Assembly (NCBI GenBank): GCA_035949735.1
Contig: DASYZC010000062.1
Coordinates: 4,574-68,573 of the forward strand
DNA from: Candidatus Acidiferrales bacterium
GTDB taxonomy: Bacteria; Acidobacteriota; Terriglobia; Acidiferrales; UBA7541
Length of the DNA: 64,000 bases
Direction of reading: 5' to 3'
Positions 43,898 to 53,134 of this stretch are shown one piece after another. The position numbers and the translations under genes were made by a program. Within the stretch, counting starts at the first letter, position 1. Each line of letters starts with the position of its first letter. The notes beneath the pieces are model-generated. The model saw nothing but the letters and a program-made list of their open reading frames with translations. It ran no database searches and had not been told where the DNA came from.

Positions 43898-45189
43898 TGG
43901 TCGCCCCAAGGAAGATCACTGAGGGACGACACTGTTAAATGGCGGCAGCGAATACGTTGATCAAGATATTCATTCGCTCTCTGCTCCTTAAGAACCGCCA
44001 AAAGCCGCTCGCAACTTGCCACTTTGCGATCTCTCGGTCGGAGAACCAGCAAGTGGTTCTCGACAGCAATGCGGCGGCGACCCCGGATGACAGTTCCGAC
44101 GGCCCTATTCTTGTCGCCTGGACGAGATGTTCTCCTAACAACGACGAACGGAGGCCGAAAGGTTTTGCCGTTGAATCTCCTATGGTGGCAAAACTCAGAA
44201 ACAACTTCCCACGAGGGTAAATCGCGGGCCTGGATGAAAGGGAACCAAGCGCCCTCGTGCGGATCGCGATAAGAGACGACCGCTCCGACCGAGACCTCAA
44301 ATTTGTCTCTCACGCGCGAACCGCTGTGTTTGCGAGGAATCCAATCAAATCTGGATGTGGATTTGTCTTTCTTCCTTATTTGTCCAACTGCTAGGAACAC
44401 GTCTACGTCCGTGTCGCGGTCGAATTGACCAACGATTTGTATCTTTCGGAGAGCGACTCTTTCCTCAAAGAGAAGTCGCCACTTCGCATACCTGGAACCG
44501 CTTCGAAGAACGTCTGGCAGAATCGCGATAATTTCGGTGCCGGGATCGGAGCGCGATACACAAGCGTCCACGAATAATGCTGCAGAGTTAACCTTGCCGC
44601 TCCCCCACGAACACGCCTCGGGCGCATCGACAGGTGTAAACGGAGGGTTAATCAGAATGTGCGTTGCCTGTCTGTAAAGATTCTCCTCACTCAAACTTGA
44701 TCCTAAGCCAACTCCGGGAAACAGCTCGTCAAGGTTCGGTATTCTTGTCCGGTGACCTGGTGATTGGCGTCGGATGGCAGCGAGCGCCAAGCGGAGCTTT
44801 GTGGCCCTGACGAAATTCGCCTGAAGATCAAGAGCAAAAATGCGCTGTCCCCAATCCCGCAGCGTTGACGTGAGATCAAAAGAACACGGAAGTAGCCCTG
44901 CCATCGCAACTAGGAGGTCCCCCGCGCCACAGGCGGGATCAAGCACGGTCACGTCGGGCGTGAGACGCAAACCAGCCGCGCTGATCGCGAGCTTTGCCAT
45001 CGCCGAACCTGTAAAGAATGCCCCGGTTTCACGAAGAACATCAATCGGAACTTGGCGACGAAGTTCGGCGGACGGCTGTCCATCCAAAGCGGCGTCCAAG
45101 TCCTCCGGGAACGCGGCGTCTCGCACCGGTCGCATCGACCTGTGAAGAAGTTCTTCTAATCGAACCACATATGGGCGAAATGCTTCCAT
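43894..45189 (-). CDS. Gamma-class N6-adenine DNA methyltransferase (431 aa), first gene of the four-gene operon
   Basis: VLDPACGAGDLLVA (motif I) and ILINPPF (motif IV). The C-terminal ~170 aa could be a target-recognition domain. Confidence 0.8.
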   Translation of the reverse strand: MEAFRPYVVRLEELLHRSMRPVRDAAFPEDLDAALDGQPSAELRRQVPIDVLRETGAFFTGSAMAKLAISAAGLRLTPDVTVLDPACGAGDLLVAMAGLLPCSFDLTSTLRDWGQRIFALDLQANFVRATKLRLALAAIRRQSPGHRTRIPNLDELFPGVGLGSSLSEENLYRQATHILINPPFTPVDAPEACSWGSGKVNSAALFVDACVSRSDPGTEIIAILPDVLRSGSRYAKWRLLFEERVALRKIQIVGQFDRDTDVDVFLAVGQIRKKDKSTSRFDWIPRKHSGSRVRDKFEVSVGAVVSYRDPHEGAWFPFIQARDLPSWEVVSEFCHHRRFNGKTFRPPFVVVRRTSRPGDKNRAVGTVIRGRRRIAVENHLLVLRPRDRKVASCERLLAVLKEQRANEYLDQRIRCRHLTVSSLSDLPWGDQ

Positions 45190-45336
45190 GTGAGAATCAT
45201 ATATATAACAGACCAGCTCGACCCGGAAGAAGGATATCCTGGTTGCGTCCTGTCCGACGACGGGTAGCCACGTGCGGCCTGAACGGGATTTGGCTCAGCC
45301 GACAACCCAGGCTAAACGCTCGGGCGGATTTGGAGG

Positions 45337-45359
45337 CGCGATACGCATCGCGATACGCA
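45337..45359 (+). repeat. Tandem 11-mer CGCGATACGCA x2 (12-nt period) near the right ICE end
   Basis: Copies at 45337-45347 and 45349-45359. A 13/14 match, CGCGATTCGCATCG, occurs at 19-32 in the left flank. Confidence 0.6.
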
Positions 45360-45616
45360 ATAACGTTGGTCTATGACATACTTCCAATGACTTGCCGAGC
45401 CGTCCGTGCTCTTCCACGTCGTTGAAAGTACTGATAACCCGCTAACTGTCACGGCACGGGTCCCAATTCGAGCGTCCGGTTCCCGCCGGAACTCAGCGTC
45501 CATTAACCGCTGGCTTGTACGCTCCCATTCTCCCCCCTGCAAATGAGGGACTTAGGCAGCGGAATGAATCAATTCGCTGCGGAACGGTATGCTCAAGAAT
45601 TGTCTATTCGGTACGT

Positions 45617-45633
45617 ATCGGGCCCCCGCAACC
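45617..45633 (+). repeat. Right copy of the 17-nt direct repeat ATCGG(G)CCCCCGCAACC; candidate attR core
   Basis: See 78-94. It lies in a 570-bp region with no convincing gene, between the last cargo gene and the chromosomal efflux operon. Confidence 0.5.
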
Positions 45634-45759
45634 GAAACAAGTTTTTCCTTTCGAGAACCCTGTGTTCCCGTACAGCGATCCAAAGCCGCAGGGCGAGCGG
45701 AAGCGGCCGTCCCTTGGCTCAAAGGATTGTGTCGGAGCACGCGCCTCACTGCGGGAGCT

Positions 45760-47175
45760 TCATTTCTCCGGTCTCTGAGGGTTTTTGTTGAGGGCTGGAG
45801 AATTGGCATTGATCGGGAACACCTCGCCGGGGGCAAGCGGGCGTTGGACGGCGTCTTCGAGGTCGCCCAAAGCTCGCTGTGCATGAGCTAGTGCGTCTAG
45901 TTTCGCGCTGGCCAAAACGGAAAGTTGAATCTGGGCTCCGTCGAGACTGAAACGATAATCAGCGCCGGCGCGGATTGCCTGCTGAATCACCTGCAGTTGG
46001 GTTTCTTGTATTTGATAAAGGGATTGGGCCTCGCTTATTTCCTTCAGTGCGGCGGCGTAGACCGCAAGCGCGCGTTCGCTTTTTTCGATCACTTGGGCCT
46101 GAGTTTTCAAGAACGCAGCCGCTGCTTCCTTGCGGCGACCCTCAGCTTCGGCTATCGGTCCCTGGTTGCGGTTGAAGACAGGCAGAGTGGTTGAGAGGCC
46201 GATGGTAAAGAAGTTGTTTCGCTCCTCATAGGTGTATCCCGGACCGAGGTTGAAGTTTGGATATTGCCTCGCGATCTCTAGTTTGAGATCCGCGTCTGCA
46301 GCCGCGTATTGTGCAAGCGAACGCCGCACATCTAGTCGATTTAGGACCGCATCACCTTGGATTTTCACCGGCGAGAGGGATTCCGAGTTCGGGGGTATGC
46401 CCATATCCGGCCATGAGAGGTCAGCTCCGTCCAGCCCCGCGACCGGAATGCCGATGGTGGCAGCTAGAGCAGCCTTGGAATCGGCAACTTGGCCCTCAGC
46501 CGCACGGATAGCCACTTCTGTTTTCAAAAGCTGAATCTTTGTGACATCCACATCCACTCTGGTTATTCCTCCCACCGACAATTGCCGCTCCAAAATCCTG
46601 ACTTGATCTTCTCGGGCCTTTTCCTGCGAGCGGAGCAATTCTAAATTTCGAGAGGCAACAAGATAATTCAGCAGCGCGAGACGAACGCCCATCACGACGG
46701 TCCAAGCGGAATCCGCAAGATCAAATTCGGCCGCTCGATTAAGGTCCTGGGCGATCTGAACGCGATGCCCTCGCTTGCCCGCCGTCTCGATGGGAAGGAG
46801 AAAATCCAGCGACAGGAGGTAGGGACTCGGGATACCAGGGGCGAAATCCAACGTGGGATTTGGCCGGGCGCTCGCCGTCACTATAGCTCCCTCGGCGGTG
46901 GCAAGACGTGCCCGAGTGACGTCTAAAGTCAGATTGAAGTACAAGGCAGCAAGCGACAATGTTTGCAGGTCCCAACTCTTGGGCGGCCAAGGCGACATCT
47001 GCCGACATAGACTCTTTTCCTCAAAAGATCGAATGCCCGCATCGGCGAGACTCCGCGATTGAAAGCGGAAAGCAGTTGCGCTGGGAACGATAGGAGCGGG
47101 CTGATATCGCTGCGCAGCACACCCAGCCAGCCAGAAAATTGCGAACAAAGCGATTCGTCTGCCGATTAGACTCAT
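45760..47175 (-). CDS. TolC/NodT-family outer-membrane efflux lipoprotein
   Basis: Lipobox FWLAGC. Two long helical repeats typical of outer-membrane factor proteins. It is the last gene of the efflux operon. Confidence 0.8.
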   Translation of the reverse strand: MSLIGRRIALFAIFWLAGCAAQRYQPAPIVPSATAFRFQSRSLADAGIRSFEEKSLCRQMSPWPPKSWDLQTLSLAALYFNLTLDVTRARLATAEGAIVTASARPNPTLDFAPGIPSPYLLSLDFLLPIETAGKRGHRVQIAQDLNRAAEFDLADSAWTVVMGVRLALLNYLVASRNLELLRSQEKAREDQVRILERQLSVGGITRVDVDVTKIQLLKTEVAIRAAEGQVADSKAALAATIGIPVAGLDGADLSWPDMGIPPNSESLSPVKIQGDAVLNRLDVRRSLAQYAAADADLKLEIARQYPNFNLGPGYTYEERNNFFTIGLSTTLPVFNRNQGPIAEAEGRRKEAAAAFLKTQAQVIEKSERALAVYAAALKEISEAQSLYQIQETQLQVIQQAIRAGADYRFSLDGAQIQLSVLASAKLDALAHAQRALGDLEDAVQRPLAPGEVFPINANSPALNKNPQRPEK

Positions 47176-47212
47176 TCTGGCTTCTCCCTTTCAATTCGCC
47201 GTTGGCGGTAAG

Positions 47213-48409
47213 CTAACGTCCTGCGAACACAATGCCAGGTTCAAGCTTCAGGACCGGACGGGCGCTGATTGCCGCAGCAACAATGCTTACGACCATGACC
47301 ATCACGGCCCCCAGAACCGGCGTGAACCACATCATGCGGAACGGATACTCGAACTCCACGATTGCGATTTGGCCGACAATGGCGCACAACCCAAGCCCGA
47401 GACCCGTGCCCAGAAGCGCGCACAAACCTGACTGCACGAAGATCATCGCGAGCAGCAGGCGCGAACTCGCACCCATGGCCTTGAGCACCGCGTACTGCTT
47501 CAGGCTGTCTGCTGTGAACATGTACAGCATGACTCCAGTGACCCCGAATCCCACCAGCATGGCTATCGAAACCATCGAAGCCATGTCGCCGACGTCTTCG
47601 GAGTTAATCAGTAACCAATCGACGGTGTCCGCTTTGAAGTCATCGGAGGATCGTGCTCTCAGACCCGTTTGCGCTTGGATGCGCGTGGCCAATTCGCGCG
47701 GCGACACATCCGGCGCAGCTTTCGCTAGCACAAAGGTCAGCAGGTGCGGCGACGGCGGTAGTATCCGAGAGGCGTTTGAGAGGCTGGTGTACATCAGCGG
47801 CTGGGGCGGATACCGAGGCAGGGCGGTCGCACGGCCTCTAACGATAACGCGATGATCATTGATCAGCAGTTCGTCATCTGCCCGTAGTTCGCGCGTTGGT
47901 ACGTCGAGACGTGGCTGCCCATAAGGCCACTGATCGGCCGGTGAAACCGGCGTTTCCATCTTTCCCTCGGTTCCACCCGAATTGACCACGACGGCGTCGG
48001 GAGTGCGGAGCACCGTCGGAGAGACTCCGTTTTGAATCGGAGGAAGCCCAAATAAAGTGGCACCGTCCACAGCAATGAGTTGGAATGACTGAAAGCGTGC
48101 GTTGGGAAAACGTGCGTCTACTGTCGCGACAGCCAGCGGTTCGGCGAAGAGTACGCCGTCAACGCTGCGAACGCGTGAGAGTGCCGAATCCGGTATGTTA
48201 ATGGTCAACTCGGTGGACTCGACCGCCGCGTCCATCACCCATACGTCCGCACTCGGGTTCTCAGCCACAAGCGCAAATCCACGCGTCAAAAAACCGCAAA
48301 GGTAAGAGACGGCGAACGCCACCAGAAACGAAGTAAACGTTATGCCGGAAAGCAGCCCCATATACTTCGCGCGGTCTCCCAGAAGCATTTTCACGGCGAC
48401 TCGCAGCAT
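47213..48409 (-). CDS. MacB/DevC-like ABC transporter permease (FtsX-type)
   Basis: An N-terminal TM, a large periplasmic domain, and three C-terminal TMs. Confidence 0.8.
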   Translation of the reverse strand: MLRVAVKMLLGDRAKYMGLLSGITFTSFLVAFAVSYLCGFLTRGFALVAENPSADVWVMDAAVESTELTINIPDSALSRVRSVDGVLFAEPLAVATVDARFPNARFQSFQLIAVDGATLFGLPPIQNGVSPTVLRTPDAVVVNSGGTEGKMETPVSPADQWPYGQPRLDVPTRELRADDELLINDHRVIVRGRATALPRYPPQPLMYTSLSNASRILPPSPHLLTFVLAKAAPDVSPRELATRIQAQTGLRARSSDDFKADTVDWLLINSEDVGDMASMVSIAMLVGFGVTGVMLYMFTADSLKQYAVLKAMGASSRLLLAMIFVQSGLCALLGTGLGLGLCAIVGQIAIVEFEYPFRMMWFTPVLGAVMVMVVSIVAAAISARPVLKLEPGIVFAGR

Positions 48410-49486
48410 TTACGGTCTCCTTTCCGTGTCGGCGGCGGCGTTGCCGTGGCCGCGCGCATCGTCGTCCCTAGCGCGGGACGACTGTTGGGTTCGACCGTTT
48501 GTATCCGCCGCAGCAGGGAGCGCTTCGATGAACACATCCATCAACTGCCCGACGTAAGTAGGCAGGGAGGAGCGGTCGAAGCTATAGATCACCTGTAAGA
48601 CCCGCGTGTCGGTTCGCTGTGTAGCATCACCGGTAAGCAACGGTTGAGGCACCACGTCAGGGTCGGTCCGGACGTAGCGCACCCGGGTCTTCAGGCTCGC
48701 ATTGCCGCGCACGTAGGCGATTGCCGGCGCACCGGGATGAAATCTCCAGGCATCACTCTGGTCTACGTCGATGCGCACATACAAAACGGTATCGTTCCCA
48801 ACGACCATCAAGGGCGTGCTGAGAACGCCCGCCTGTGCGTATTCTCCTAGACCCGTGTTCATTTGAAGTATGCTCCCCGAAACCGGAGCTCGAATTGTGC
48901 GGAGCTGTATCTCGTCCCTGATTTGTTGGACTTGAGCTCTGGCTACGGCAATCTGGGTTTTGATCTGGTCGACCTGCGCTTTGGCTGAGCCGAGAATCGC
49001 CTTGTCAATGCCGACGTCGAACTGTCTGTTGGCTAAGTCTTCGGCGCTGATGGACACCCCCGGCTCCAAGCCTTGGCCGACCTTAACCAGGTTTCCTGCT
49101 TTCGCCAAGGTTTCCTGCGCTTCCGTGACTTTGGCAGTGGCCGGCAATAGCTGCGCCTCGACCTGATCGACATTGGCGTTCGCTGGAAGAAGTTGGGCGT
49201 CGAGATCGCGAGTATCGACTTTGAATAGAGGCCTTCCAGCCTGCACGTGCTCGCCCCAGGTCACGTAGATAGCGGTAACAATGCCGGAGGCTGGGGTGCC
49301 GATGGCGATGTTTTGGGTGCTCGCCTCAACAATGCCCGGGCCGAAAATATACGAGGAGAATGGCGCCTCTGCCGGCTGAAACGCTGGCGCGGCGATTGGC
49401 GGAGTGCGGCTGCCCTCCTCCACCATAGCGATGGCAGCAGCGAGGCCGAATACCGCAAAGAGGGGAAGCACGTATTTGCGAATCAT
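48410..49486 (-). CDS. HlyD/MacA-type periplasmic adaptor (membrane fusion) protein
   Basis: An N-terminal anchor, a coiled-coil hairpin region and beta-barrel segments. It sits between the ATPase and the permease. Confidence 0.8.
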   Translation of the reverse strand: MIRKYVLPLFAVFGLAAAIAMVEEGSRTPPIAAPAFQPAEAPFSSYIFGPGIVEASTQNIAIGTPASGIVTAIYVTWGEHVQAGRPLFKVDTRDLDAQLLPANANVDQVEAQLLPATAKVTEAQETLAKAGNLVKVGQGLEPGVSISAEDLANRQFDVGIDKAILGSAKAQVDQIKTQIAVARAQVQQIRDEIQLRTIRAPVSGSILQMNTGLGEYAQAGVLSTPLMVVGNDTVLYVRIDVDQSDAWRFHPGAPAIAYVRGNASLKTRVRYVRTDPDVVPQPLLTGDATQRTDTRVLQVIYSFDRSSLPTYVGQLMDVFIEALPAAADTNGRTQQSSRARDDDARGHGNAAADTERRP

Positions 49487-50217
49487 TGCGCACGCTCCTT
49501 ATGGTTTCCGTCAATGATCTCGATAATCTTTCCGTCATCCATGCGAGCGATACGGTCGGCAAATTCGAAGATGCGCGGATCGTGAGTAACTATGATGAGC
49601 GCCCTCTCCGAGCTCTTTGCAAGGTCTCGCAGGAGCTTCATCGTGCTTTGGCCGGTCACGTGATCGAGATTGCTTGTTGGCTCGTCGCAGACAATCAGCT
49701 TCGGTTCATGCACCAGCGCACGGGCAATCGCCACGCGCTGCTGCTGGCCGCCGCTCAGCTTCGCTGGGACCGTGTCGAGGCGCGAGCCGAGACTGACCGA
49801 CGCGAGTACCTCTGCCGCTCGGGCTTCCGCATCTTTGCGAGCCATGCCGTTGATCAACAGCGGAATGGAGACATTCTCGACCGCGTTGAGCGCAGGCAGT
49901 AGATTGAAGAGTTGAAACACAAAGCCAATCGACAGGCCTCGAAAACGCGAACGTTCTTTCTGAGCCATATGCTTCAGATCATGACCCAGCACATCGCATT
50001 GGCCGGAATCCTGGTCCAGAATTCCCGCGATGACAGAGATGAGAGTGGTCTTTCCGCACCCGGACGGGCCAACGACCATCAGCAGTTCGCCTCGACGCAC
50101 GTCGAGGTCAATGCCGCGCAGCGCCATCACTCTTGCGTCGCCCGCTCCGTAGCTCCTGGTTACGCCACGGCAACGAACCGCTAAATGCGAATTCGTCGAT
50201 TCAATTGTATTTTCCAT
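49483..50217 (-). CDS. ABC transporter ATP-binding protein (MacB/LolD-like)
   Basis: [25 protein letters not shown] and [12 protein letters not shown]. Confidence 0.95.
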   Translation of the reverse strand: MENTIESTNSHLAVRCRGVTRSYGAGDARVMALRGIDLDVRRGELLMVVGPSGCGKTTLISVIAGILDQDSGQCDVLGHDLKHMAQKERSRFRGLSIGFVFQLFNLLPALNAVENVSIPLLINGMARKDAEARAAEVLASVSLGSRLDTVPAKLSGGQQQRVAIARALVHEPKLIVCDEPTSNLDHVTGQSTMKLLRDLAKSSERALIIVTHDPRIFEFADRIARMDDGKIIEIIDGNHKERAQ

Positions 50218-50443
50218 GTATACGTCCTACTCGTGCCGTCCACTTTGTTGGCTTCGATGATCGGCTTCGCTCGCGAAATCTTGCAAGTTACGGCGCGAGA
50301 GGCGGCACGCCGTTTTCTTTTTCGCTCGGGGCCTAATAGGGCTGTGGTGCCAACATTGAACGTGGGAGGAAACACGTCCACCGACGCCGATTCCGTTCCG
50401 TTACGAACAGGCACGGCTCAGTATTGGACTGATGGCGGAAGGA

Positions 50444-50863
50444 CTAGATGCGGAGTATGGCGAGCGGTGGACTTGCAGCCAGAAAAGGCGCCGTGCCGAG
50501 ACCGCTGAGCGTTTCCAGCGAAGTATGAAACAGCTTCCGAGCGACCCTGGTCGCTCGCACCCGCAGGAGTCTCGACACATAAACGACGGCTCGTGCGAAC
50601 ACAAACGTCGCGCCGATGCATAACGCCAGGACGACGAACGTGGTTTCGGTATCTTGACCGGTCTTGAGCTCGTGGTCCCAACGGTCGAACATCTGCATGA
50701 CAGGACACACGAAGCACGCCGCCAAGACGAGCCAGATCATCACGGATGTTAATGCCCGACGCACCACCGCTATGCTAGCGCCAGCAAAGACCAGAATCAA
50801 GGCCCCTGTTTTGTGCGGGGTAAAAGTATCGGACCGAAACACTTCACACACCGGCGCTCGCAC
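50444..50863 (-). CDS. Hypothetical membrane protein (139 aa)
   Basis: Four hydrophobic segments. No motif recognised; overlapping alternative ORFs exist. Confidence 0.35.
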   Translation of the reverse strand: MRAPVCEVFRSDTFTPHKTGALILVFAGASIAVVRRALTSVMIWLVLAACFVCPVMQMFDRWDHELKTGQDTETTFVVLALCIGATFVFARAVVYVSRLLRVRATRVARKLFHTSLETLSGLGTAPFLAASPPLAILRI

Positions 50864-50956
50864 GAAGCAGTGCGGGCGGGGACGCTTGCCCGCGGTCGAG
50901 ATGCCACCCTTTCAAGGGATGGCGCTACAGGAACCTCCTCTGCTCGCTACGGGCGT

Positions 50957-52483
50957 CTAAAGATAATCGAATAAAGCCATGAAGCCAAAATCCATATGGA
51001 GTTGTTGATGGCAGTGGAAAAGAGTGAGACCGGGATTGTCGGCCACGAAGTCGATTTCGTAAGTTTGGTATCCGCCCAGCATGACGACGTCTTTGAGAAC
51101 ACCGGCGGTGGAGGTTCCGACGATTTTGGTGAGCTCGAAGCTGTGACGATGGAGGTGGACGGGATGGATGTCGTCACTGGCATTACGCATCCGGATGCGG
51201 TAGCGCTTGCCCTGATTTAGATGAAGCATGGCGGGAGCCGGTTTGCCGAACATGGCTTCCATAGGGAAGGCGACTCCGTTGATGGTCCAGCGATTGAAGC
51301 CCTCGGCGGCGGCGTTGTCCTTGGCAAAGGTCATTTCGATGGTTTCGTCGGGCGAAGGAGCGGAGGCGTCGGGTTTGGCAAAACGAAGGTAGCTCCATCG
51401 GAAGGGCGGCGGGGCGATCCACTGAGCCTTGCCGGGCCGGCCCGCATATTCGACCACGATACCCATGCCGTGGCTGCGGTCATCATTCGCGAGATCGCCG
51501 AGGATCCAAACGCCAGGATGGTTCATTTCCACGATGGCGGAAACGCGTTCCGCAGTTCCGATCCACAGGACAGGAACGTGTCGGGGATTCGGCACAGCGT
51601 TTCCATCGAGCGCGACCACTTGGAATGAGTGGCCCGGCAAGGCGAGGCTGCGAATTTCCGTGGCGCTGGCATTCAAAATGTGAAAAAGCACGCGTTCGCC
51701 CTGCTTCACACGGATTGGTTCGCCGTGGCCGAGCATGCGGCCGTTGATGGTAAACACGGTGTAGCCGACCTCGTAGCCATGAGGCATACCCTTGTCCAAC
51801 GAGGCTTTCATAGCCGTCTCGCCGGCATCCTTGAGGGCTTTATCGGGAGGAGAGGGCGACAAGAAATCCTGGGCCATGTCGCCGCCACGGCTAAGCGTGG
51901 GCTCGAATTCCTTCAAGGTAAGAAAAACTTCGCGATCGTGGCGGCCCGGCTCGTTTTTCGGTTCGATGTAAACTGGCCCGGCCTGGCCGGTGTACGTGCC
52001 CGCAAAGAGATTTGCGCCCGCGCGATTATGGCTGTGATAGAAGCGGAGTCCGGCGGGATTGGGCGTGAAGGTGATGCGCCGTTTGCCACGCGCCGGGATG
52101 TATGGCGTGCCTTCCTCCGCCGCCCCATCCACGTCCGTGGGGATTTTCTGTCCGTGCCAGTGGAGCTGCTCGGGCGTGTCCGTGTCGTTAAAGATATCTA
52201 CGGTAGCCTGACGGCCTTCATGAAAACGGATGAGCGGACCGGGGAACTGGCCATTGTAAGTAATCGTTGAGAGGATAACTTTCGGAGCGACCTCGATCGG
52301 GGCCGCCTGGATACGAATTGTGTAGTCGGCAGGACCGGAATCGCTCTGACGAGCAGGCGGCGAGTCGGGCGGACGATTTGCGGCTAATTCGCCAACGACG
52401 CGGTCCGAAGGAAGCAAGAGAGCACCTGCGGTCAGCCCCGCACCCTTTAGAAATCGCCGCCGTGAGTCTGCAAATTTGTCCAT
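50957..52483 (-). CDS. Tat-exported multicopper oxidase
   Basis: Start MDKFADSRRRFLKGAG (twin-arginine). Copper ligand motifs HWHG, YHSHN, HPVHLHRH and HCHQQLHMDFGFM. Confidence 0.9.
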   Translation of the reverse strand: MDKFADSRRRFLKGAGLTAGALLLPSDRVVGELAANRPPDSPPARQSDSGPADYTIRIQAAPIEVAPKVILSTITYNGQFPGPLIRFHEGRQATVDIFNDTDTPEQLHWHGQKIPTDVDGAAEEGTPYIPARGKRRITFTPNPAGLRFYHSHNRAGANLFAGTYTGQAGPVYIEPKNEPGRHDREVFLTLKEFEPTLSRGGDMAQDFLSPSPPDKALKDAGETAMKASLDKGMPHGYEVGYTVFTINGRMLGHGEPIRVKQGERVLFHILNASATEIRSLALPGHSFQVVALDGNAVPNPRHVPVLWIGTAERVSAIVEMNHPGVWILGDLANDDRSHGMGIVVEYAGRPGKAQWIAPPPFRWSYLRFAKPDASAPSPDETIEMTFAKDNAAAEGFNRWTINGVAFPMEAMFGKPAPAMLHLNQGKRYRIRMRNASDDIHPVHLHRHSFELTKIVGTSTAGVLKDVVMLGGYQTYEIDFVADNPGLTLFHCHQQLHMDFGFMALFDYL

Positions 52484-52493
52484 GGAAGCGCGC

Positions 52494-53063
52494 CTAGGTG
52501 CGCTGCGGTGGGCGTCGCGCGTCCAAGGACCACGCACCGCCGCCCAAGATAATGAGAAAGATCAGCGAGCAGAGCATCGCAAAATCAGCGCGCGCGTCGC
52601 TCACCATAAACCAAAATCCCTGGTTCGCGCGGAATAATTCCGGAATCTTGGTGGTTGCGATCGCAGTTGAGATCACAATCAATAGCGGGACGGCTGCTGC
52701 CCGCGTCCAGAGCCCGAGCAACACGAGAAGCCCGCAGACGATTTCGAAGGTTCCGACGAAGTGAGCGGTGAAATAGGGATGCGGGAATCCGATCCTGGTG
52801 AAACGAATGACGCCCATTTTAGGGTCGGAGAATTTCAAAATGCCCTGCGTGAAAAAGATCAGCCCCGCGGCGAGACGGATCAAACAAATACTCGCCGGAC
52901 CTCGCGTTGGTCTAAAGAAGAAACCAATTGAGCTCACTTGGGTGTACCGTCCTTTCCGCAGATATAGACGGAGAATCGGCGAGCTTTCAAGCGACGCACA
53001 CCTTTCTGCCGTTGAGATATATGTTGAACGCGCGCACGGCTTCATTATAGACAGTAAGCGCAA
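52494..53063 (-). CDS. DoxX-family membrane protein
   Basis: LIRLAAGLIFFTQGILKF and FEIVCGLLVLLGLWTRAAAVPLLI are typical of DoxX. The true start is probably downstream of the annotated ORF start. Confidence 0.7.
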   Translation of the reverse strand: MRLLSIMKPCARSTYISTAERCASLESSPILRLYLRKGRYTQVSSIGFFFRPTRGPASICLIRLAAGLIFFTQGILKFSDPKMGVIRFTRIGFPHPYFTAHFVGTFEIVCGLLVLLGLWTRAAAVPLLIVISTAIATTKIPELFRANQGFWFMVSDARADFAMLCSLIFLIILGGGAWSLDARRPPQRT

Positions 53064-53134
53064 TTGCTGGACAGGTTGGGGATGAAGACATCGGAATCAG
53101 CAGAGCTCAGGTGATCTCTTAGGGGCGAACTCAA

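Larger units (their letters stand above)
78..45633. mobile_element. Integrative conjugative element (~45.5 kb) with VirB/Trb-type T4SS, serine recombinase and defence-rich cargo
   Basis: A recombinase lies next to a tRNA-like sequence. The set includes VirB2-6 and VirB8-11, a coupling protein, a RepB' primase and ArdC. Direct repeats flank the region. Housekeeping-type efflux and metabolic genes begin right after the right repeat. Confidence 0.7.

Noticed and set aside
45190-45759. Protein-coding genes among the 76-110-aa ORFs in the 570-bp gap at the right ICE end
   Set aside because: Five ORFs overlap one another in different frames, their products are Arg/Pro/Ser-rich, and none has an RBS. 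The region is better read as the non-coding element end that holds the att and tandem repeats.
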